Positions 19,549 through 24,796 of a stretch of 24,796 nt of DNA are shown piece by piece. The notes below the pieces were generated by a model that worked only from the letters and a program-made list of their open reading frames with translations, did no database searches and was not told the DNA's origin. The DNA is from Fidelibacterota bacterium (GTDB lineage: Bacteria > Fidelibacterota > Marinisomatia > Marinisomatales > TCS55). Position 1 is the stretch's first letter; each line of letters starts with the position of its first letter. The DNA is taken from NCBI GenBank assembly GCA_027251445.1, contig JAPNQO010000015.1, positions 1 through 24,796 on the forward strand. Direction: 5' to 3'. Position numbers and translations under genes: made by a program.

Positions 19549-20135
19549 TGTATAGTGACAGTTGCATTTCTGACTCCACGAATAGAAATAGTTTCATCTA
19601 ACGGTGTAACTAACTCACACTGCGTTGTATCATATTCTATAAGTGTTTCACCGCTGTTAAGTGCAGTAAAATATAATTCAGCGATATGCCCAGTCTCTGT
19701 GACATATGACAAGGCGCCTTCTTCTCCTAGATACCAAGCAAAAATATCAATTTGTCCAAATACTATTGTATAAGTGAATAAAGGAGTATTAATGCCATTA
19801 TTAGTTAATAAAACCCCAGGAAGTATCGTATCTAGCTGTAATAACTCTGCATCGTAGGTAATATGTGCATGTATCCCAGCTAAGGTTGTATCATGCTCAA
19901 TAATATAAGTTCCTATTTTGACTGAGTCACCACTCGAGACAGTTTGCGTAAGGGGATGCATTGTTAATGCTGGAGGAAAAACTCCTGCAATAGAATCAGC
20001 TATTACATCAATCGGATTATCAAGAGTTATTTCATACGTTTTACAAGAAAAAAAGATGATAAATGTGAGTAGACTAATAGCAATTGTCTTAACTCTATTT
20101 GTTTTTAGATTGATAAATATAAAATAATTCTTCAA
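19545..20135 (-). CDS. Lipoprotein with cohesin-like domain
   Basis: IIFFSC lipobox, then QTVSSGDSVKI, LAGIHAHITYDAELLQL, GQIDI, GHIAELYFTA, GETLIEY and ATVTIQ, matching the cohesin beta-sandwich pattern. TTG start is uncertain. ATGA overlap with the giant gene. Confidence 0.75.
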   Translation of the reverse strand: MKNYFIFINLKTNRVKTIAISLLTFIIFFSCKTYEITLDNPIDVIADSIAGVFPPALTMHPLTQTVSSGDSVKIGTYIIEHDTTLAGIHAHITYDAELLQLDTILPGVLLTNNGINTPLFTYTIVFGQIDIFAWYLGEEGALSYVTETGHIAELYFTALNSGETLIEYDTTQCELVTPLDETISIRGVRNATVTIQ

Positions 20136-20190
20136 AATGCTGATACCAACTATACCAACTGTTTGAAATCCACCTTAACCACTTTATTTA

Positions 20191-21123
20191 TTAACGGCGA
20201 TATGGTTCGGGTCCATGAATAAAGTTTTGAGGCCTCGGACCAGCTACATATGCATGAATAGCATTAATGGCCCATACAGTTCCTATCATAATTCCATTAT
20301 TAATCATAGCTTTATTATAATTCTTGTGTGCATTCCAATAACCTATAGTTTCTTTACGTAATTTTAATACCTCATCTGGATCTGTCTCTTTTTCATATAA
20401 CTTTGAATATTCCTGTAAATTTTTTACTGCCGAAGAATATTGTGAAAAATTAAAAAATAGCACTCCAAACAGGACCGCTTCTATTGATGGAAAAGCATAG
20501 CCTGGCAATCTTTTATTTGAGTAGAATTGCCCCCATCCAGGAGCAACTGTTGATCTCCAAAGAGCTCCAAACGGCGTCTTGTCCTCTTTAATGTCTCTGG
20601 GATGTTTAGGAAAAAGGTCTCTTCGTGGTTGCATTAATTCATATGGTGGATCTTCACCAATTAATGCCCAAGAAGCAATATTTGATTCTGCTCCTAATGC
20701 ATTAATTACATCCAAAATATTTATCTGTATTGTACTTACTGCACCTCCGGAACGAGTTGAAATGATCTCTCCACTTAAAACCGAACCATATTGACCAACT
20801 TTTGTCCCTGCATACATCACATAGTCTGCGGATAACTCTTGCCCAATACTTATAATTATTTCTCTATCAGGTATTTCTCTATCAGGATTATTAAGATCAG
20901 AATATTGACCTACAACTGATAGTACTATTTCAGGATCAATTACTTTCATATTTGAAGTTTCTTGAAGCTGTAATGACATTGATGAAAATAGTTCGCCATA
21001 TTGAACTATAGAAGCACTGTCCATTGTAAGATCAATGAATGCAATGCTACCACTATAATCAGCACTTTTTATTGTACCAAAAAAAGCTATAAAAATAATT
21101 AATACTTTATATCTAGGGATCAA
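20191..21123 (-). CDS. Exported protein with CsgG/FlgO-like N-domain and DUF5683-like C-domain
   Basis: Signal peptide, IAFIDL...IGQELSADYVMYAG..LSGEIIST (CsgG/TolB-N-like fold pattern), then ALWRSTVAPGWGQFY and VWAINAIHAY (DUF5683-like). Confidence 0.6.
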   Translation of the reverse strand: MIPRYKVLIIFIAFFGTIKSADYSGSIAFIDLTMDSASIVQYGELFSSMSLQLQETSNMKVIDPEIVLSVVGQYSDLNNPDREIPDREIIISIGQELSADYVMYAGTKVGQYGSVLSGEIISTRSGGAVSTIQINILDVINALGAESNIASWALIGEDPPYELMQPRRDLFPKHPRDIKEDKTPFGALWRSTVAPGWGQFYSNKRLPGYAFPSIEAVLFGVLFFNFSQYSSAVKNLQEYSKLYEKETDPDEVLKLRKETIGYWNAHKNYNKAMINNGIMIGTVWAINAIHAYVAGPRPQNFIHGPEPYRR

Positions 21124-21596
21124 TTACTTCCTGGTTCAGGTTGATATCGAGTATAAATAAACTCTGCGTTTCTATCAGCAATAATAATTTGATCATCAAA
21201 TAGTTCATCTAAATAATATACACGTAAGCGATGTGGGCCTGCTTCAAGGTTTAACTTAATCTTCTCATCACGCCAAGTATGTTCTCCATTTAATTCAAAA
21301 GTAAGGCCTTTTTCTTGTGCCCGAAATTTAATCTTATACATTGGATTAAGAATAAAGTCGGCCACCAATCGTTTTGCATCTTGAACAGATATCTCATGAG
21401 TGGCAGGTGCATATCCATCTGCTTCCAACCTTACCTCATGTAGCCCTGGCTTTACTGAATATCCTTTAATAGGCGCATTTCCAATTTCTTTTCCATCTAA
21501 TATTACTGTTGTTCCTTTTGGCAAGACTTTAATATCTAAAGTGACTTGGCCAATCAAATGCGAAAAAAATAATAAAGCAGTTAACAAGTATTTCAT
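21120..21596 (-). CDS. PEGA domain-containing exported protein
   Basis: Signal peptide and LDIKVLPKGTTVILDGKEIGNAPI...PGLHEVRLEADGY (PEGA pattern), with a second degenerate copy (LEAGPHRLRV). Confidence 0.85.
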   Translation of the reverse strand: MKYLLTALLFFSHLIGQVTLDIKVLPKGTTVILDGKEIGNAPIKGYSVKPGLHEVRLEADGYAPATHEISVQDAKRLVADFILNPMYKIKFRAQEKGLTFELNGEHTWRDEKIKLNLEAGPHRLRVYYLDELFDDQIIIADRNAEFIYTRYQPEPGSN

Positions 21597-22573
21597 TGTT
21601 TTGCTAGCTCTAGATCATCTTGAGGGCTCATAAAATAATTGCCAGCATAAATTACATCTTGTTCACGAACCCACCCTTGAATCATTTCAGATTTATCATC
21701 TGACCAAAAAACTTCCACAAGACCAAATAGCCTATTACCCGATACTTGAGTAACAGCTATTATATCATTTTTTGATAATAAAAAGTGAGTTGTAGAACCA
21801 TTTGCAGATGATTTACGAAAATGAGTTAGATTACTTTTAGTAATGTATAAATTCCCTCTATCAACAAAATCTTTACTTGGACCTAAAGCAAAATCAATAC
21901 CTAAATCAAATTTTCCGTTAAATACTGCATCCTTACTTACTACTGGAAATAGAGAACCAACACCTGCAGAAACAATAATGTCACTTCTATATCCATATTC
22001 ATTTGGCAACTCAAATCGATAGTCTCCATCAATACGTGATTTTGTGTAAAATGTCCTACCCGTAGAGTCCGTTGCTACCAATTGAATACCACCTAACATC
22101 CTTTCATCATATCTTCTAAACACTATACCTTCGATAACTGCTGGAGTTTTAATTATTTTACTTACAGGCAGAGATATTTTACCATAACGCACTCCTGTAA
22201 ATTCATGTTTAATCTCAGGCATATCAGGTCCTTGGGGATAAATAACAAATATATTACCATTCTTATCTGTTGAAAGTGCATTTTGTGGAAGAAATACATC
22301 AATTTTTTCCTCAGGCATGTATGTAGCAGCAAAAATAGGATCAACTTCATTTTCTCTATCATATATATACACTTGAAATGCCTCGGGCAATGTATTCACT
22401 AATTGGATAGGTGCATTTATATGAATATCTTGATATTCATATCTCAAGGAGATTAATGGCGCACGTTGAGTATAGATAGGATCTGAATATTTTGGAGCAA
22501 ACATATATCCACAGCTTGAAAAAATAAAAGCTGTAAATAGTATTAAGAGACTGGTATGTGGAGTAGTCTTCAT
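21593..22573 (-). CDS. Lipoprotein with carboxypeptidase-regulatory-like and C-terminal SH3-like domains
   Basis: FIFSSC lipobox, IEGIV..LGGIQL..TKSRIDGDYRFEL (transthyretin-like/CarboxypepD_reg pattern) and HFRKSS..LSKNDIIAV..QGWV (bacterial SH3-like pattern). Confidence 0.6.
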   Translation of the reverse strand: MKTTPHTSLLILFTAFIFSSCGYMFAPKYSDPIYTQRAPLISLRYEYQDIHINAPIQLVNTLPEAFQVYIYDRENEVDPIFAATYMPEEKIDVFLPQNALSTDKNGNIFVIYPQGPDMPEIKHEFTGVRYGKISLPVSKIIKTPAVIEGIVFRRYDERMLGGIQLVATDSTGRTFYTKSRIDGDYRFELPNEYGYRSDIIVSAGVGSLFPVVSKDAVFNGKFDLGIDFALGPSKDFVDRGNLYITKSNLTHFRKSSANGSTTHFLLSKNDIIAVTQVSGNRLFGLVEVFWSDDKSEMIQGWVREQDVIYAGNYFMSPQDDLELAKQ

Positions 22574-22649
22574 TTTTTTACACCTGCTTTAATGCAAGTG
22601 ACGCCTCTAATTTATTACAATAAGAATATACTATTCAAGGCATAGTATT

Positions 22650-23042
22650 CTATAAAGACCGACCATGAGGATGTTTTACATATTTATCTTTAGAATCTTT
22701 CTTTACAGCTACCATTGTTATAATCGCAGTACATGCTAGTCTTTTTTTGTATTTTGAGCCTTCTGCGTAAGCGTCTATAAGAACTTCAAAAGATGAATTT
22801 CCTATTTTGGAAACATGCCCTTCAAAGTTAACCCATTCCCCTGGATAAACTGGTTCTTTAAATTCAACTTTTTGAATAGCGCGGGTCAAGGCACCATCAA
22901 CACCAGCACCATGTAAAAAACGATATGCAACCTTTGCTGCAGCAAGATCCATCCATGATATCATTTGCCCCCCAAATAGTGTTCCAACATTATTAACATC
23001 ATCTGGCATTACCAACTGGCTATATTTTGCAGAATAATTCAT
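22650..23042 (-). CDS. Acyl-CoA thioesterase, hotdog fold (YciA-like)
   Basis: VMPDDVNNVGTLFGGQMISWMDLAA, VEFKEPVYPGE and GNSSFEV. Confidence 0.92.
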   Translation of the reverse strand: MNYSAKYSQLVMPDDVNNVGTLFGGQMISWMDLAAAKVAYRFLHGAGVDGALTRAIQKVEFKEPVYPGEWVNFEGHVSKIGNSSFEVLIDAYAEGSKYKKRLACTAIITMVAVKKDSKDKYVKHPHGRSL

Positions 23043-23086
23043 GTATTACTTTAATATATCTCTTTATATTTATTTATAAAATAATA

Positions 23087-23152
23087 TAGCCTCGCTAATA
23101 AACCCTCGAGAAAATCTTTTTCTCTGAAGAGCACGCCACACCAGCGAGGCTA
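23087..23152 (-). ncRNA. Candidate structured RNA (5' leader or sRNA), family not recognised
   Basis: GC-rich island in an AT-rich spacer. A 10-bp outer stem (tagcctcgct/agcgaggcta) encloses a 7-bp hairpin (gagaaaa/ttttctc), which extends by G-U pairs only on the minus strand. Confidence 0.5.
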
Positions 23153-23158
23153 CAGTAA

Positions 23159-23188
23159 ATATTATCTATAATTGTTATTTTTAGTCAA
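23159..23188 (-). promoter_or_regulatory. Sigma70-like promoter
   Basis: Minus strand TTGACT (23188-23183) followed by GATAAT (16-nt spacer) or TAATAT (18-nt spacer), with an AT-rich UP-like tract upstream. Confidence 0.55.
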
Positions 23189-23216
23189 CATTTTTTTTCA
23201 TAATAAATAAATATAA

Positions 23217-24488
23217 TTAAAAGCCTTCATTCGCAATTCGTTTACCTTCTTCAACATCTACCTTATTTAAAAAGTATGCGCCTAAAATAAATAATAATAA
23301 AATCGATAGTATTCCAACCCTTGCATCTCCTACTATAATAGTAACAGTCCCCATTAAAGCAGGGCCAACAATTGCAGCAAACTTACCAAACATATTATAA
23401 AACCCAAAAAACTCAGCTGATTTAGATAGTGGAATAATTCGTGTATATAAACTTCTACTAAGCGCTTGAATACCACCTTGAAATAATCCAATTAATATTG
23501 CTAAGATGTAAAAATGAACTACTTTAGTCATAAAATAGCCAAGAAACGTAATTATCGAATATGCCATAATACCAATCATAATTCCATTTTTAGTTCCGAC
23601 TTTTGATGCCATCCACCCATATATTAAAGCAGCTGGAAAAGCTATAAATTGCACGATTAAAAGCGCAATAATTAAACTCTCATTTGGGAACTTTAAAGAC
23701 ATACCATAGTCTACAGCCATTTTTATTATCGTATCTACACCATCGATGTAAAACCAGTACGCCAATAAAAACATTCCAACAACTCTCATTTTACGAATCT
23801 CTTTAAATGTTTCTATTAATTGCTTCCAACCCATATTTATTGATTTGATTAAATTAACAGACTTTTCATCACTTGGCTCAGATACAAAGAAAATTAGAGG
23901 AATGGTAAATACTAACCACCAAATAGCAACACTTAAAAAAGAAAGTTTAATTGCTGTTGCGCCATCCGGAATACCAAAAAAATGAGGTTTCAGATACATA
24001 ATTACATTTAATAGAAACAATGAACCTCCACCAAGATAACCAAGGCCATATCCTAGAGATGAAACTGAATCTACGTTTTTTTCAGAAGCTATATCCGGAA
24101 GAAGCGAATCATAAAAAATATTTGCACTAGCATAGCCAATCGTTGCTATCATATAAAATAATACCGCCATCTGCCAATGCCCTTGATTGACTATACATAA
24201 TCCACCTGTCATAATTGACCCCATAAATGCAAAAAAGATAAGAAACTTTTTCTTTTTGGAACCTTGATCAGCAATTGCACCTATAAAAGGTGCTATAGCT
24301 GCTACTATAATTGCATAAATTGAGTTAGCCATGCCGAGATAGAATGTACTTTGATTCGGATTATTAGGATCAGCCCAATATTCTTTAAAAAAAATAGGGA
24401 AAAAGCCAGCCATAACTGTGGTAGCATAGGCGCTATTAGCCCAATCATATAATGCCCAACTCCAAACAGCACGTTTATTTTCTTTCAT
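23217..24488 (-). CDS. MFS transporter, UMF1/Atg22/BtlA-like family
   Basis: SWALYDWANSAY, APFIGAIAD, NIFYDSLL, GYGLGYLGG, YIDGVDT, QALSRS and EFFGFY. About 12 TM segments. Confidence 0.92.
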   Translation of the reverse strand: MKENKRAVWSWALYDWANSAYATTVMAGFFPIFFKEYWADPNNPNQSTFYLGMANSIYAIIVAAIAPFIGAIADQGSKKKKFLIFFAFMGSIMTGGLCIVNQGHWQMAVLFYMIATIGYASANIFYDSLLPDIASEKNVDSVSSLGYGLGYLGGGSLFLLNVIMYLKPHFFGIPDGATAIKLSFLSVAIWWLVFTIPLIFFVSEPSDEKSVNLIKSINMGWKQLIETFKEIRKMRVVGMFLLAYWFYIDGVDTIIKMAVDYGMSLKFPNESLIIALLIVQFIAFPAALIYGWMASKVGTKNGIMIGIMAYSIITFLGYFMTKVVHFYILAILIGLFQGGIQALSRSLYTRIIPLSKSAEFFGFYNMFGKFAAIVGPALMGTVTIIVGDARVGILSILLLFILGAYFLNKVDVEEGKRIANEGF

Positions 24489-24517
24489 AAGACCTATAAA
24501 AGATAAGGATATTTAAC

Positions 24518-24796
24518 CTACCAAGCTTGAAAATAAGCTTGAAGTCCTATCCATGTATCAGCAAAACCATAGGTATGTCTCGTGAAGTATGGAAAAGATG
24601 CTCCTATTTCAATATCAAATAATACTGGGCCAAAACTCTTTATTGGGTGAACATTATGAAAGGTAGCTAGAACATATTGTCTAATTTGTGTTTTTTTAGT
24701 ATCATGAACAATTTCTCCATTTTTTGACCTATTTACCATCCAATTATCCCAAGCTAAACTTTTTGATAAAACAAAATCTCTTTCTGTTTTGATACT
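24518..24796 (-). CDS. Hypothetical protein, C-terminal fragment (5' end beyond the window)
   Basis: The frame stays open upstream of the ATG at 24739 to the window end (SIKTERDFVLSKSLAWDNWMVN...). It ends WIGLQAYFQAW. Confidence 0.65.
   Translation of the reverse strand, partial: SIKTERDFVLSKSLAWDNWMVNRSKNGEIVHDTKKTQIRQYVLATFHNVHPIKSFGPVLFDIEIGASFPYFTRHTYGFADTWIGLQAYFQAW

Noticed and set aside
12988..20135. True cellulosome
   Set aside because: There is only one cohesin-like domain, and no glycoside hydrolase or CBM3-type scaffoldin was recognised.
20143..20160. Tandem 9-mer ataccaact x2 just upstream of the cohesin gene
   Set aside because: Only two copies with no other occurrence noticed. 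It could be an operator or a slippage duplication, but the sequence alone cannot support either.
1856..22362. Many short alternative ORFs (e.g. 1856-2206, 4615-4839, 12086-12559, 17234-17563, 18473-18796, 22162-22362)
   Set aside because: They overlap well-supported genes, antisense or out of frame, and show no recognisable motifs. They are best explained as shadow ORFs.
12988..22573. Surface cluster as a mobile genomic island between acs and the thioesterase
   Set aside because: No integrase, transposase, tRNA or flanking direct repeats were seen, and no obvious compositional shift by eye.
23124..23152. Hammerhead-like core CTGAAGA on the plus strand
   Set aside because: The required GAAA is GAGG here, stem II would be only 2 bp, and the G-U pairing and promoter favour the minus strand.

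Overview
AT-rich, tightly packed bacterial chromosomal window with almost all genes on the minus strand. Gene content and secretion signals suggest an FCB-group organism, possibly Marinimicrobia-like (inference only). The housekeeping part has msrA (5'-truncated), serC, an ECF sigma/anti-sigma/Spy-CpxP-like operon, a UvrD helicase fused to a 4-Cys PD-(D/E)XK nuclease, an EamA transporter, a lipoprotein, rmuC, an SDR, pepA and acs. The most unusual part is a five-gene cell-surface cluster (12988-22573): an SH3-like lipoprotein, a PEGA protein, a DUF5683-like protein, a cohesin-like lipoprotein and a 2186-aa secreted repeat protein with LamG, dockerin-like and T9SS/FlgD-type C-terminal domains. 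This is a candidate non-cellulosomal cohesin-dockerin anchoring system. A GC-rich structured element with its own sigma70-like promoter lies upstream of an acyl-CoA thioesterase and is a candidate novel RNA. No CRISPR array, tRNA, rRNA or mobile element was seen. All domain calls come from reading motifs by eye, not from database searches.
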